Assembly (NCBI RefSeq): GCF_030013595.1
Contig: NZ_CP122768.1
DNA: 64,000 nucleotides
DNA from: Escherichia coli
GTDB taxonomy: Bacteria; Pseudomonadota; Gammaproteobacteria; Enterobacterales; Enterobacteriaceae
Reading direction: 5' to 3' (one strand)
The translations under genes and the position numbers were made by a program. Positions 10,795-21,523 of the stretch are shown here, piece by piece. Every line of letters starts with the position of its first letter. Position 1 is the stretch's first letter. A model generated the notes under the pieces. That model had not been told where the DNA came from and did not search any database. It saw only the letters and a program-made list of their open reading frames with translations.

Positions 10795-12132
10795 ATGAAC
10801 ACTTCACCGGTGCGAATGGATGATTTACCGCTTAACCGTTTTCACTGTCGAATTGCTGCGCTCACTTTCGGGGCGCACCTGACCGACGGTTATGTTCTCG
10901 GCGTCATTGGTTACGCCATTATTCAGCTTACACCCGCCATGCAACTGACGCCGTTTATGGCGGGAATGATTGGCGGCTCGGCGCTACTTGGCCTGTTTAT
11001 CGGTAGCCTGGTTTTGGGGTGGATCTCCGACCATATTGGTCGGCAAAAAATCTTCACCTTCAGCTTTTTGCTGATTACGCTCGCTTCGTTCTTACAATTT
11101 TTTGCCACCACGCCAGAGCATCTTATTGGACTGCGCATTTTGATCGGCATTGGTCTGGGAGGCGATTACTCAGTAGGCCACACCTTGCTGGCTGAATTTT
11201 CTCCGCGCCGCCATCGCGGTATTTTGCTGGGCGCATTCAGCGTGGTGTGGACCGCAGGCTATGTGCTGGCAAGTATTGCCGGACATCACTTTATTAGCGA
11301 AAGCCCGGAGGCCTGGCGCTGGCTGCTGGCATCGGCAGCTCTGCCCGCATTGTTGATTACGTTATTACGCTGGGGAACGCCAGAATCGCCACGCTGGCTA
11401 CTGCGCCAGGGGCGTTTTGCAGAAGCTCACGCTATCGTGCATCGCTATTTTGGTCCCCATGTTTTACTGGGCGATGAAGTGGCAACGGCGACCCATAAAC
11501 ACATCAAAACCTTGTTCTCTTCGCGCTACTGGCGGCGCACGGCGTTTAACAGCGTCTTCTTTGTCTGCCTCGTAATCCCATGGTTTGTGATTTATACCTG
11601 GCTGCCAACTATCGCCCAGACTATTGGTCTGGAAGATGCGTTGACCGCTAGCCTGATGCTTAATGCGTTGTTAATTGTGGGTGCGCTGCTGGGATTAGTT
11701 CTGACGCACCTGCTGGCACATCGCAAATTTTTGCTGGGAAGTTTTTTGCTGCTGGCGGCAACGCTGGTAGTGATGGCTTGTTTGCCTTCCGGCAGTTCAT
11801 TAACGCTGCTGCTTTTTGTTCTCTTCAGCACCACCATTTCGGCAGTCAGTAATCTGGTGGGCATTTTGCCTGCGGAAAGTTTTCCTACTGACATTCGCTC
11901 GCTGGGCGTCGGTTTTGCCACCGCCATGAGTCGGTTGGGCGCGGCAGTAAGTACTGGCCTGCTGCCGTGGGTGCTGGCGCAGTGGGGAATGCAAGTCACC
12001 TTATTGCTCCTGGCGGCTGTGTTGTTGGTTGGTTTTGTCGTGACCTGGCTATGGGCACCAGAAACCAAAGCACTCCCGCTGGTGGCGGCGGGAAATGTTG
12101 GAGGTGCGAATGAACATTCTGTTAGCGTTTAA
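10795..12132 (+). CDS. ygcS: MFS transporter
   Basis: 445-aa polytopic ORF with sugar-transporter-like motifs. Confidence 0.85.
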   Translation: MNTSPVRMDDLPLNRFHCRIAALTFGAHLTDGYVLGVIGYAIIQLTPAMQLTPFMAGMIGGSALLGLFIGSLVLGWISDHIGRQKIFTFSFLLITLASFLQFFATTPEHLIGLRILIGIGLGGDYSVGHTLLAEFSPRRHRGILLGAFSVVWTAGYVLASIAGHHFISESPEAWRWLLASAALPALLITLLRWGTPESPRWLLRQGRFAEAHAIVHRYFGPHVLLGDEVATATHKHIKTLFSSRYWRRTAFNSVFFVCLVIPWFVIYTWLPTIAQTIGLEDALTASLMLNALLIVGALLGLVLTHLLAHRKFLLGSFLLLAATLVVMACLPSGSSLTLLLFVLFSTTISAVSNLVGILPAESFPTDIRSLGVGFATAMSRLGAAVSTGLLPWVLAQWGMQVTLLLLAAVLLVGFVVTWLWAPETKALPLVAAGNVGGANEHSVSV

Positions 12133-12889
12133 AGCCGAACCGGATGCCGGAATGCTGGCGGAAAAAGAGTGGCAGGCGGCGGCTCAGGGTAATAGCGGAC
12201 CGGATGTTTCGCTTCTGCGAAGTTTACTCGGTGCTGATGAACAGGCTGCCGCCGCGCTGCTGTTGACGCAGAGAAAAAACGGTACGTCGATGTCTTTAAC
12301 CGCGTTGAGCATGGGGGATGAACGGGCGTTGCACTGGCTGCGCTATCTCATGGCTCATGGGTTTGAGGAAGCTGTATTGCTGGAGACGGCGGCAGATCTG
12401 CGCTTTGCGCCGGAATTTGTCGCTCGCCATATTGCCGAATGGCAGTACCAGAATCCGCTGGATCTGATAATTACCGGCTGCCAAAGCAGCGAAGGGCAGA
12501 ATGGGCAAACGCCATTTTTGCTGGCGGAAATGCTGGGCTGGCCCTGCTTCACCCAGGTGGAGCGTTTTACTCTCGACGCGCCGTTTATCACCCTTGAACA
12601 GCGTACTGAAAACGGGCTGCGCTGTTGCCGGGTTCGCTTGCCTGCGGTGATTGCCGTGCGTCAGTGCGGTGAAGTGGCCTTGCCAGTACCGGGAATGCGT
12701 CAGCGAATGGCGGCGGGGAAAGCAGAAATTATCCGTAAAACTGTTGCTGCCGAATCGCCAGCGATGCAGTGTCGGCAACTGGCAAGAGCAGAGCAACAAC
12801 GCGGAGCGACGCTGATTGATGGGCAAACGGTAGCAGAAAAAGCGCAAAAGCTATGGCAGGACTATTTACGCCAAAGGATGCAGCCATGA
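12110..12889 (+). CDS. ygcR: Electron transfer flavoprotein beta-subunit-like (FixA-like)
   Basis: Start at ATG 12110 (MNILLAFKAEPD...); ETF-beta N-terminus; overlaps ygcQ start. Confidence 0.8.
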   Translation: MNILLAFKAEPDAGMLAEKEWQAAAQGNSGPDVSLLRSLLGADEQAAAALLLTQRKNGTSMSLTALSMGDERALHWLRYLMAHGFEEAVLLETAADLRFAPEFVARHIAEWQYQNPLDLIITGCQSSEGQNGQTPFLLAEMLGWPCFTQVERFTLDAPFITLEQRTENGLRCCRVRLPAVIAVRQCGEVALPVPGMRQRMAAGKAEIIRKTVAAESPAMQCRQLARAEQQRGATLIDGQTVAEKAQKLWQDYLRQRMQP

Positions 12890-13746
12890 ATCTCGCAATT
12901 GTGACAATAAATCAGGAGAATGCCGCAATAGCGAGCTGGCTGGCAGAACAGGATTTCAGCGGTTGTACCCTGGCACACTGGCAGATTGAACCTCAGCCCG
13001 TAGTGGCGGAACAGGTGCTGGATGCGCTGGTGGAACAGTGGCAGCGAACGCCAGCGGACGTTGTTCTCTTTCCGCCGGGAACGTTTGGTGATGAACTGTC
13101 GACCCGGCTGGCCTGGCGTTTACATGGTGCAAGCATCTGCCAGGTGACTTCGTTAGATATTTCAACCGTAAGCGTGCGCAAATCCCACTGGGGAAATGCG
13201 CTAACGGCGACGCTGCAAACAGAAAAACGCCCGCTATGCCTTTCCCTGGCGCGTCAGGCGGGAGCAGCGAAAAACGCCACGTTGCCCTCTGGTATGCAGC
13301 AACTGAAAATTGTCCCAGGTGCGCTTCCCGACTGGCTGGTTAGCATAGAGAATCTGAAAAATGTTAGCCGCGACCCATTAGCTGAAGCCAGACGGGTGCT
13401 GGTGGTGGGGCAGGGCGGAGAGGCAGATAACCAGGAAATCGCTATGCTGGCAGAAAAGCTGGGAGCCGAAGTGGGCTACAGTCGGGCACGAGTGATGAAC
13501 GGTGGCGTTGATGCCGAAAAAGTGATTGGTATTTCCGGACATCTGCTGGCACCTGAGGTGTGTATTGTTGTTGGCGCTTCCGGCGCAGCAGCGTTAATGG
13601 CGGGCGTCCGCAATAGCAAGTTTGTGGTGGCGATTAATCATGACGCCAGCGCGGCGGTATTTTCACAGGCAGATGTTGGCGTGGTTGATGACTGGAAAGC
13701 GGTGCTGGAGGCACTGGTGACAAACATTCACGCAGATTGCCAATAA
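12886..13746 (+). CDS. ygcQ: Electron transfer flavoprotein alpha-subunit-like (FixB-like)
   Basis: Start at ATG 12886 (MNLAIVTINQ...); ETF-alpha-like C-terminal FAD-binding region. Confidence 0.8.
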   Translation: MNLAIVTINQENAAIASWLAEQDFSGCTLAHWQIEPQPVVAEQVLDALVEQWQRTPADVVLFPPGTFGDELSTRLAWRLHGASICQVTSLDISTVSVRKSHWGNALTATLQTEKRPLCLSLARQAGAAKNATLPSGMQQLKIVPGALPDWLVSIENLKNVSRDPLAEARRVLVVGQGGEADNQEIAMLAEKLGAEVGYSRARVMNGGVDAEKVIGISGHLLAPEVCIVVGASGAAALMAGVRNSKFVVAINHDASAAVFSQADVGVVDDWKAVLEALVTNIHADCQ

Positions 13747-13794
13747 CGTGCAGCCGGATGATCCTGCCTACGGTTCTGGGCTGGGGACTTGTAA

Positions 13795-13827
13795 GCCTGA
13801 TAAGACGCGTCAAGCGTCGCATCAGGC
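13795..13827. repeat. REP (repetitive extragenic palindrome) element
   Basis: gcctgataagacgcgtcaagcgtcgcatcaggc, classic E. coli REP core; nearly identical copy at 20298..20329. Confidence 0.65.
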
Positions 13828-13892
13828 GCTGAATGTCGGATGTGGCGTGCAGCCTACAAATCACACAAATTCAATTCGTTACGATTATCCCG

Positions 13893-14468
13893 TCAAAGCA
13901 ATTTTTTCGCTAGCGTCCAGACCCCGGTATTCGTGGTGGAAAGCGCCACAACACCCGCGTTAATCGCATTACGTGCATCTTCTTCATCGCACACCAGCCC
14001 GCCGGCAATCAGCGGTTGGCGGATTTTCTCCGTCACCCAGCCCAGCACTTTGGGCATACAGCCTGGCAGGATCTCAATACAATCCGGATTCGATTGCGCA
14101 ACTTGCTTATCAATGTTGTGAAACGAAATTGAATCAACAATAAACAGGCGATGAATACAGAAAAAACCTTCCGCTCTTGCCGCTTTCAACATTGAGGCTT
14201 TGGTACTGATAATGCCGTCCGCCTCAGTCACCAGTTTCAAAAACTGAATCACCACTTCTTTATTTGACGCGCCTTCCAGCAAATCAACATGAATAAAAGC
14301 ATATTTTCCGGCGTTCTTAATCTTTTTAACGATATTACTGATGGTGCAGATATTGCCGTACAACACGGAAATAAACTGGCATTCAGAGTCGATTGCCAGT
14401 TGCAGGCTGGCATTATCTTTAACGGCAGCAATCACCGGATTCTGGCGGAGCAGGTGTAAGAGGGGCAT
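13893..14468 (-). CDS. ygcP: GlpP-like glycerol-3-phosphate-responsive antiterminator family protein
   Basis: 191-aa ORF MPLLHLLRQNPVIAAVKDNASLQLAIDSECQFISVLYG...; synteny. Confidence 0.82.
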   Translation of the reverse strand: MPLLHLLRQNPVIAAVKDNASLQLAIDSECQFISVLYGNICTISNIVKKIKNAGKYAFIHVDLLEGASNKEVVIQFLKLVTEADGIISTKASMLKAARAEGFFCIHRLFIVDSISFHNIDKQVAQSNPDCIEILPGCMPKVLGWVTEKIRQPLIAGGLVCDEEDARNAINAGVVALSTTNTGVWTLAKKLL

Positions 14469-14484
14469 AAATTATCCTTATTAT

Positions 14485-14745
14485 TTATCCAAAACGGTAG
14501 GTGATGCCGAATCCGGAAGGCGGATAGCGCCACTGTTGTAGTGTTGATTCGTCGCACAGCAAACGGCAGGTGCCACACTCCAGGCAGCCGCGATAATCAA
14601 CGCGTAAGTCACCTTCCGGTGTGAGCGAAAAAAGACCAGCCGGACAAGCGTTAATCAACCGTTGTACCGTCTGACGCTCAACGGAGTCAGCCGGAACAAT
14701 GTGCGGCGCATCGGCAACGCGCCAGAGATTACGGGCTACAGACAT
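14485..14745 (-). CDS. ygcO: Ferredoxin-like protein (FixX-like)
   Basis: Start at complement ATG 14745 (MSVARNLW...), Cys motifs CPAGLF...CLECGTC; 86 aa. Confidence 0.8.
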   Translation of the reverse strand: MSVARNLWRVADAPHIVPADSVERQTVQRLINACPAGLFSLTPEGDLRVDYRGCLECGTCRLLCDESTLQQWRYPPSGFGITYRFG

Positions 14746-16007
14746 CGCAGACTCCTGATAACATCGCCCGCCAGATGCCACAGGCCGTGACGACGTAAAT
14801 GACGCCAGAATAACTGGCGCAGCGGTGGAACAGGTTTATCACCCTGATCCCATAAATCGCGGGAAATATCCTGCATTAACGCAGGCCACGCACGGTACCA
14901 TCCAGGGCGTTGCAAAAGCGCCGGAACATGCTGATAACGTTGTAGAACATCCCATAGCAGGCTGCGCTCGACGTTGTGATGATAAAGCGCAAACAGATTT
15001 TGCGGCTCGCGGTGCTGGCAGGCGCTTATCAGCGTTTGTGCCGCCGCCTGCGCGCCAGTTAGCGCCATATCCATGCCGCGCACGGAAATTCCGGTATTGA
15101 CGCAACTGCGCAACGTATCGCCCACCAGCAGCCAGCCGTTACCGGCGTATTGCACCGGCATACTGTGCAAGCCACCTTCTGGCACCAGATGCGCACCATA
15201 CTCCAGTGATTCCGTGTTTTTGATAAGCGGGCGCACTGCCGGATGCGTTTTAAAGCGAGCCAGCAGCTCGCATGCCGGAGCACGACTTTGCGTAAGGGAG
15301 GAGAGCGGGCAAACAATCCCTAACGAGAGCGTTTGTTGATTAGTATAAAGAAATGCGCCGCCGGGTAAGTCATCACAGATCCCGCCGCTGAACAGCAACG
15401 CTGCGCCTTCGTTATTCTCCAGATGAAAACGTTCTTCAATAGCGGATGTTTCCAGCGACAGCACTTCTTTGATTCCTAACGCCATTGATTCGCCAGCAGG
15501 ACGAGTCACTAACCCGTGACGTTCAGCCAGGACGCTGTTGGCACCTTCTGCCAGCACCACATAACGGGCGCGGAGAATATCGTCACCACAAATGACACCA
15601 CACACCCTGCCGTTTTCTTCATACAGCGCATCCACCGTCGCACCAGGGATGCATTCGACACCTTCTTTTTCGGCTTCGGCAACCAGCCACGGATCGAACC
15701 GTGCACGTAATACACTCCAGGATTCACCGCCGGGCTGTAAGCTGGAAAACGTCGTTGCGCCATCCGGCGTTAGCAGAGAAAGGCTTTCGTGAGTGATGCG
15801 TCGTTCAAGAGGCGCGGTCAGATGAAATTGTGGGAGGAGTTCCGCGAGCGCCTGGGTATATAAACGCCCGCCGGAAAGATTTTTGCTGCCGGGGATTTCA
15901 GCGCGTTCCAGTAACAAAACGGATAAACCCGCTCGCGCGCAGCGTAACGCGCAAGCGGTGCCTGCAATACCGGCACCAATAATAATAATGTCGCAGTCGT
16001 CTTCCAT
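14736..16007 (-). CDS. ygcN: ETF-quinone oxidoreductase-like flavoprotein (FixC-like)
   Basis: Start at complement ATG 16007 (MEDDCDIIIIGAGIAGTACA...), FAD-binding GxGxxG. Confidence 0.85.
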   Translation of the reverse strand: MEDDCDIIIIGAGIAGTACALRCARAGLSVLLLERAEIPGSKNLSGGRLYTQALAELLPQFHLTAPLERRITHESLSLLTPDGATTFSSLQPGGESWSVLRARFDPWLVAEAEKEGVECIPGATVDALYEENGRVCGVICGDDILRARYVVLAEGANSVLAERHGLVTRPAGESMALGIKEVLSLETSAIEERFHLENNEGAALLFSGGICDDLPGGAFLYTNQQTLSLGIVCPLSSLTQSRAPACELLARFKTHPAVRPLIKNTESLEYGAHLVPEGGLHSMPVQYAGNGWLLVGDTLRSCVNTGISVRGMDMALTGAQAAAQTLISACQHREPQNLFALYHHNVERSLLWDVLQRYQHVPALLQRPGWYRAWPALMQDISRDLWDQGDKPVPPLRQLFWRHLRRHGLWHLAGDVIRSLRCL

Positions 16008-16084
16008 GTCATGCCCCAGATATCCAGAACACAACACCCTAACATAGCGTTACTTAAGGGAAATTGACCGCCGACACACTCTTA

Positions 16085-16450
16085 TCATTCGCCGCGATAG
16101 ATGCAACCTGCGGTGCAGGTTTCTTTCACCATAACCGCACTTAACAGCGGAACAACCGGTTTAACCTGATCCCAAATCCATTTTGCTAAAACCTCGCTGG
16201 TCGGGTTTTCCAGGCCAGGAATATCATTGAGATAATAGTGATCGAGGCGCTCGTAGGTTGGCTTAAACGCCGCTTTTAGTTCAGCGAAATCGATAATCCA
16301 GCCCGTATGCGGATCGACTTCCCCGGTAATTTCCAGTCGCACCATAAAGGAATGCCCGTGCAGGCGACCACATTTATGCCCTTCCGGGACGTGTGGTAAG
16401 CGGTGAGCGGCTTCGAAGGTGAAATCTTTAAATAACGTGGTGGACATCAT
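16085..16450 (-). CDS. queD: 6-carboxy-5,6,7,8-tetrahydropterin synthase
   Basis: 121-aa [35 protein letters not shown]...; Zn-binding CxxxHGH motif. Confidence 0.9.
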   Translation of the reverse strand: MMSTTLFKDFTFEAAHRLPHVPEGHKCGRLHGHSFMVRLEITGEVDPHTGWIIDFAELKAAFKPTYERLDHYYLNDIPGLENPTSEVLAKWIWDQVKPVVPLLSAVMVKETCTAGCIYRGE

Positions 16451-16765
16451 AATTTCTCTACATGACGATAAAACCGCCGTAGAGTACCGGAAAGGCTGTT
16501 TTTTCGCATTATCTAAAACGACTTTGTTGCGCAAAATCGCTGATTTATCTTAATGATTGGCTAAATTCATTTGTTTTTCATTGGGTTGGTTAATCTGTTT
16601 TGTTGTTAAAGACTATTGCTAAAACAGGTTAGTCGATTTGGTTATTAGTTATCGCTATCCCGTCTTTAATCCACACCGTTCACCCCGTTAACCTTACCTT
16701 CTCTTCTGTTTTATGGGCGCTGACAGGGCGCAGAAACAGCTTTGCTTACTGGAACATAACGACGC

Positions 16766-18565
16766 ATGACGACACAGGTCCCACCTTCCGCGTTGCTTCC
16801 GTTGAACCCGGAGCAACTGGCACGCCTTCAGGCGGCCACGACCGATTTAACTCCCACCCAGCTTGCCTGGGTTTCTGGCTATTTCTGGGGCGTGCTCAAC
16901 CAGCAGCCTGCTGCGCTTGCAGCGACGCCAGCGCCCGCCGCAGAAATGCCGGGTATAACTATTATCTCTGCTTCGCAAACCGGCAATGCGCGCCGGATTG
17001 CTGAAGCATTACGCGATGATTTATTGACGGCAAAACTGAACGTTAAGCTGGTGAACGCGGGCGACTATAAATTCAAACAAATCGCCAGCGAAAAACTGCT
17101 TATCGTGGTGACGTCAACGCAAGGGGAAGGGGAACCGCCGGAAGAAGCCGTCGCGCTGCATAAGTTCCTGTTCTCCAAAAAAGCGCCGAAGCTGGAAAAC
17201 ACCGCGTTTGCCGTGTTTAGCCTCGGCGATAGTTCTTATGAATTTTTCTGCCAGTCCGGGAAAGATTTTGACAGTAAGCTGGCGGAACTGGGCGGTGAAC
17301 GCCTGCTCGACCGTGTCGATGCCGACGTTGAATACCAGGCTGCTGCCAGCGAGTGGCGCGCCCGCGTGGTTGATGCGCTTAAATCGCGTGCGCCTGTCGC
17401 GGCACCTTCGCAATCCGTCGCTACTGGCGCGGTAAATGAAATCCACACCAGCCCGTACAGCAAAGACGCGCCGCTGGTGGCGAGCCTCTCTGTTAACCAG
17501 AAAATTACCGGGCGTAACTCTGAAAAAGACGTTCGCCATATCGAAATTGACTTAGGTGACTCGGGCCTGCGTTACCAGCCGGGTGACGCGCTGGGTGTCT
17601 GGTATCAGAACGATCCGGCACTGGTGAAAGAACTTGTCGAACTGCTGTGGCTGAAAGGTGATGAACCTGTCACCGTTGAGGGCAAAACCCTGCCGCTGAA
17701 CGAAGCGCTACAGTGGCACTTCGAACTGACCGTCAACACCGCCAACATTGTTGAGAACTATGCCACGCTTACCCGCAGCGAAACGCTGCTGCCGCTGGTG
17801 GGCGATAAAGCGAAGTTACAGCATTACGCCGCGACGACGCCGATTGTCGACATGGTGCGTTTCTCTCCGGCGCAACTGGATGCCGAAGCGCTGATTAACC
17901 TGCTGCGCCCGCTGACCCCGCGCCTGTATTCCATCGCCTCCTCGCAGGCGGAAGTCGAGAACGAAGTACACGTCACCGTTGGCGTGGTGCGTTACGACGT
18001 GGAAGGCCGCGCCCGTGCCGGTGGTGCCTCCAGCTTCCTCGCGGACCGCGTGGAAGAAGAGGGCGAAGTCCGCGTCTTTATCGAACATAACGATAACTTC
18101 CGCCTGCCAGCCAATCCGGAAACCCCGGTGATTATGATTGGCCCAGGCACCGGCATCGCGCCGTTCCGCGCCTTTATGCAGCAGCGCGCTGCTGACGAAG
18201 CGCCGGGTAAAAACTGGTTGTTCTTTGGCAACCCGCACTTTACGGAAGATTTCCTCTACCAGGTGGAGTGGCAGCGCTACGTGAAAGAAGGCGTATTGAG
18301 CCGCATCGATCTTGCCTGGTCGCGCGACCAAAAAGAAAAAGTTTATGTACAAGACAAACTGCGCGAACAGGGCGCGGAGCTGTGGCGCTGGATCAATGAC
18401 GGTGCCCACATTTATGTCTGCGGCGACGCTAATCGCATGGCGAAAGACGTTGAGCAGGCACTTCTGGAAGTGATTGCCGAATTTGGTGGCATGGACACCG
18501 AAGCGGCGGATGAATTTTTAAGTGAGCTGCGCGTAGAGCGCCGTTATCAGCGAGATGTCTACTAA
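16766..18565 (+). CDS. cysJ: Sulfite reductase (NADPH) flavoprotein alpha subunit
   Basis: 599-aa ORF, flavodoxin plus FNR-like domains, stop overlaps cysI start. Confidence 0.97.
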   Translation: MTTQVPPSALLPLNPEQLARLQAATTDLTPTQLAWVSGYFWGVLNQQPAALAATPAPAAEMPGITIISASQTGNARRIAEALRDDLLTAKLNVKLVNAGDYKFKQIASEKLLIVVTSTQGEGEPPEEAVALHKFLFSKKAPKLENTAFAVFSLGDSSYEFFCQSGKDFDSKLAELGGERLLDRVDADVEYQAAASEWRARVVDALKSRAPVAAPSQSVATGAVNEIHTSPYSKDAPLVASLSVNQKITGRNSEKDVRHIEIDLGDSGLRYQPGDALGVWYQNDPALVKELVELLWLKGDEPVTVEGKTLPLNEALQWHFELTVNTANIVENYATLTRSETLLPLVGDKAKLQHYAATTPIVDMVRFSPAQLDAEALINLLRPLTPRLYSIASSQAEVENEVHVTVGVVRYDVEGRARAGGASSFLADRVEEEGEVRVFIEHNDNFRLPANPETPVIMIGPGTGIAPFRAFMQQRAADEAPGKNWLFFGNPHFTEDFLYQVEWQRYVKEGVLSRIDLAWSRDQKEKVYVQDKLREQGAELWRWINDGAHIYVCGDANRMAKDVEQALLEVIAEFGGMDTEAADEFLSELRVERRYQRDVY

Positions 18566-20277
18566 TGAGCGAAAAACATCCAGGGCCTTTAGTGGTCGAA
18601 GGAAAACTGACAGACGCCGAGCGCATGAAGCTTGAAAGCAACTACCTGCGCGGCACCATTGCGGAAGATTTAAACGACGGTCTGACCGGCGGCTTTAAGG
18701 GCGACAACTTCCTGCTGATCCGCTTCCACGGCATGTATCAGCAGGATGACCGCGACATCCGCGCCGAACGTGCTGAACAGAAGCTGGAGCCACGTCATGC
18801 AATGCTGTTGCGCTGTCGTCTGCCGGGTGGGGTGATTACCACCAAACAGTGGCAGGCGATCGATAAATTTGCCGGTGAAAACACCATCTATGGCAGCATT
18901 CGCCTGACCAACCGCCAGACGTTTCAGTTCCACGGCATTCTGAAAAAGAACGTCAAACCGGTGCACCAGATGCTGCACTCGGTCGGTCTTGATGCGCTGG
19001 CGACTGCTAACGACATGAACCGTAACGTACTCTGCACCTCGAACCCTTACGAGTCGCAGCTACACGCGGAAGCGTATGAATGGGCGAAGAAAATCTCTGA
19101 ACATCTGCTGCCGCGTACCCGCGCGTATGCGGAGATCTGGCTCGATCAGGAAAAAGTCGCCACCACCGATGAAGAACCGATCCTCGGTCAGACTTATTTG
19201 CCGCGTAAATTCAAAACCACGGTAGTGATCCCGCCGCAGAACGATATCGATCTGCATGCCAACGACATGAACTTCGTGGCAATCGCCGAAAACGGCAAGC
19301 TGGTGGGCTTTAACCTGTTGGTGGGCGGTGGGCTTTCTATCGAACACGGCAACAAGAAAACCTACGCCCGCACGGCGAGTGAGTTTGGCTATCTGCCGCT
19401 GGAGCATACGCTGGCGGTGGCAGAAGCCGTCGTGACGACTCAGCGCGACTGGGGTAACCGTACCGATCGTAAAAATGCCAAAACCAAATACACGCTGGAG
19501 CGCGTGGGGGTTGAGACGTTTAAAGCGGAAGTGGAGCGTCGCGCGGGGATCAAATTTGAACCGATCCGTCCATATGAGTTCACCGGACGCGGCGATCGTA
19601 TTGGCTGGGTTAAAGGCATTGATGATAACTGGCACCTGACGCTGTTTATCGAAAATGGTCGCATCCTTGATTATCCTGGGCGTCCGCTGAAAACCGGCCT
19701 GCTGGAGATCGCGAAGATCCACAAAGGCGATTTCCGCATTACGGCGAACCAGAATCTGATCATCGCCGGTGTGCCGGAAAGCGAGAAAGCGAAGATCGAG
19801 AAGATCGCCAAAGAGAGCGGGTTAATGAATGCCGTCACGCCGCAGCGTGAAAACTCAATGGCCTGCGTGTCATTCCCGACTTGCCCGCTGGCGATGGCGG
19901 AAGCGGAGCGTTTCCTGCCGTCTTTTATCGACAACATCGATAATTTAATGGCGAAACATGGTGTCAGCGATGAGCATATCGTGATGCGTGTAACAGGCTG
20001 CCCGAACGGTTGTGGTCGCGCGATGTTGGCGGAAGTGGGCCTGGTGGGTAAAGCGCCGGGTCGCTACAACCTGCATCTTGGCGGCAACCGCATTGGGACA
20101 CGTATCCCACGGATGTATAAAGAAAACATCACCGAGCCGGAAATCCTGGCGTCGCTTGATGAACTGATAGGGCGCTGGGCGAAAGAGCGCGAAGCGGGTG
20201 AAGGCTTCGGCGACTTTACGGTGCGTGCGGGCATCATTCGCCCGGTGCTCGATCCGGCGCGCGATTTGTGGGATTAA
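18565..20277 (+). CDS. cysI: Sulfite reductase hemoprotein beta subunit
   Basis: 570-aa [25 protein letters not shown]..., siroheme/4Fe-4S Cys cluster CPNGC. Confidence 0.97.
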   Translation: MSEKHPGPLVVEGKLTDAERMKLESNYLRGTIAEDLNDGLTGGFKGDNFLLIRFHGMYQQDDRDIRAERAEQKLEPRHAMLLRCRLPGGVITTKQWQAIDKFAGENTIYGSIRLTNRQTFQFHGILKKNVKPVHQMLHSVGLDALATANDMNRNVLCTSNPYESQLHAEAYEWAKKISEHLLPRTRAYAEIWLDQEKVATTDEEPILGQTYLPRKFKTTVVIPPQNDIDLHANDMNFVAIAENGKLVGFNLLVGGGLSIEHGNKKTYARTASEFGYLPLEHTLAVAEAVVTTQRDWGNRTDRKNAKTKYTLERVGVETFKAEVERRAGIKFEPIRPYEFTGRGDRIGWVKGIDDNWHLTLFIENGRILDYPGRPLKTGLLEIAKIHKGDFRITANQNLIIAGVPESEKAKIEKIAKESGLMNAVTPQRENSMACVSFPTCPLAMAEAERFLPSFIDNIDNLMAKHGVSDEHIVMRVTGCPNGCGRAMLAEVGLVGKAPGRYNLHLGGNRIGTRIPRMYKENITEPEILASLDELIGRWAKEREAGEGFGDFTVRAGIIRPVLDPARDLWD

Positions 20278-20297
20278 CCATCAGCCCGGTCTTGTAG

Positions 20298-20329
20298 GCC
20301 TGATAAGACGCGTGAGCGTCGCATCAGGC
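20298..20329. repeat. REP element in cysI-cysH spacer
   Basis: gcctgataagacgcgtgagcgtcgcatcaggc. Confidence 0.65.
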
Positions 20330-20350
20330 AAGGCAAACTGTGAGGAACTT

Positions 20351-21085
20351 ATGTCCAAACTCGATCTAAACGCCCTGAACGAACTGCCGAAGGTAGATCG
20401 CATTCTGGCGCTGGCAGAAACTAACGCCGAACTGGAAAAACTGGATGCTGAAGGCCGCGTTGCCTGGGCGCTGGATAATCTGCCCGGTGAATATGTACTT
20501 TCTTCCAGTTTCGGCATTCAGGCGGCGGTGAGCCTGCATCTGGTGAATCAGATTCACCCGGATATCCCGGTGATCCTGACCGATACGGGTTATCTGTTCC
20601 CGGAAACCTACCGCTTTATTGACGAGTTAACGGACAAACTCAAGCTCAACCTGAAAGTGTACCGCGCTACCGAAAGCGCCGCCTGGCAGGAAGCGCGCTA
20701 CGGCAAACTGTGGGAGCAGGGCGTTGAAGGCATTGAAAAGTACAATGACATCAACAAAGTCGAACCGATGAACCGGGCGCTGAAAGAACTGAATGCGCAA
20801 ACCTGGTTTGCTGGCCTGCGCCGTGAACAATCCGGCAGCCGCGCCAATTTACCGGTGCTGGCAATTCAGCGTGGCGTATTTAAAGTGCTGCCGATTATCG
20901 ACTGGGATAACCGAACTATTTATCAGTACCTGCAAAAACATGGCCTGAAATATCACCCATTATGGGATGAAGGATATTTATCGGTCGGTGATACCCATAC
21001 AACCCGTAAATGGGAACCCGGCATGGCGGAAGAAGAAACGCGTTTCTTTGGCTTAAAAAGAGAATGTGGGTTACACGAAGGGTAA
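20351..21085 (+). CDS. cysH: Phosphoadenosine phosphosulfate (PAPS) reductase
   Basis: 244-aa [26 protein letters not shown]...; ATG 20351 preceded by GAGG. Confidence 0.95.
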   Translation: MSKLDLNALNELPKVDRILALAETNAELEKLDAEGRVAWALDNLPGEYVLSSSFGIQAAVSLHLVNQIHPDIPVILTDTGYLFPETYRFIDELTDKLKLNLKVYRATESAAWQEARYGKLWEQGVEGIEKYNDINKVEPMNRALKELNAQTWFAGLRREQSGSRANLPVLAIQRGVFKVLPIIDWDNRTIYQYLQKHGLKYHPLWDEGYLSVGDTHTTRKWEPGMAEEETRFFGLKRECGLHEG

Positions 21086-21103
21086 ATATTGCCGGATAAA
21101 TTA

Positions 21104-21140
21104 AACGCCTCTGTCAGAAATGATGGGGGCGTTTTTATTT
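21104..21140 (+). terminator. Probable cysH terminator (aaacgcc...ggcgttttt atttt)
   Basis: GC stem with T-run 20-55 nt after cysH stop; loop is long so call is tentative. Confidence 0.4.
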
Positions 21141-21251
21141 TGCGAGCAGCATTCCTGATTTTAAACGTGAACGCCGCTGGAAGAATTATCAGGTATAGAA
21201 TGGCGTTGGGTGCTTGAGGCTGTCTGGCGTTAAGCATTCGCGAGGTTCCAG

Positions 21252-21356
21252 ATGGACAAAAGCCCCAGGCGATATTTCTATCAACCTGAGGCCAGCGTTC
21301 GAACCCAAACAATTCGAATGTTAGTCTCTTCTTTGCAGGGAGGCAAGGCATGCTGA
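21252..21356 (+). CDS. Mok-like leader ORF overlapping the hok start (candidate translational-coupling frame)
   Basis: 34-codon [37 protein letters not shown] ending in TGA that overlaps the hok ATG; architecture typical of hok/sok loci. Confidence 0.3.
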   Translation: MDKSPRRYFYQPEASVRTQTIRMLVSSLQGGKAC

Positions 21357-21502
21357 CAAAATATGCCCTTGTGGCAATCATAGTGCTGTGTTTTACAGTA
21401 CTGGGATTCACGCTGATGGTAGGCGACTCGTTGTGTGAGTTGAGTATCAGAGAACGTGGTATGGAGTTTAAGGCAGTTCTCGCTTACGAATCGAAGAAGT
21501 AG
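21350..21502 (+). CDS. Hok/Gef-family type I toxin (50 aa)
   Basis: [50 protein letters not shown]: single TM helix, conserved SLCE and C-terminal AxxAYE motif of Hok family; SD gcagggagg upstream; resembles the HokE-type sequence as I recall it. Confidence 0.75.
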   Translation: MLTKYALVAIIVLCFTVLGFTLMVGDSLCELSIRERGMEFKAVLAYESKK

Positions 21503-21513
21503 CCACCACGCGG

Positions 21514-21523
21514 GGGTAAAACC
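21514..21523. repeat. Left copy of 10-bp target-site duplication (gggtaaaacc) of IS186
   Basis: Identical 10-mer at 22862..22871 immediately outside the other IS end. Confidence 0.8.

Noticed and set aside
9683-10807. 374-aa minus-strand ORF antisense to ygcU
   Set aside because: Shadow ORF; the plus-strand frame has the recognisable FAD-oxidase sequence.
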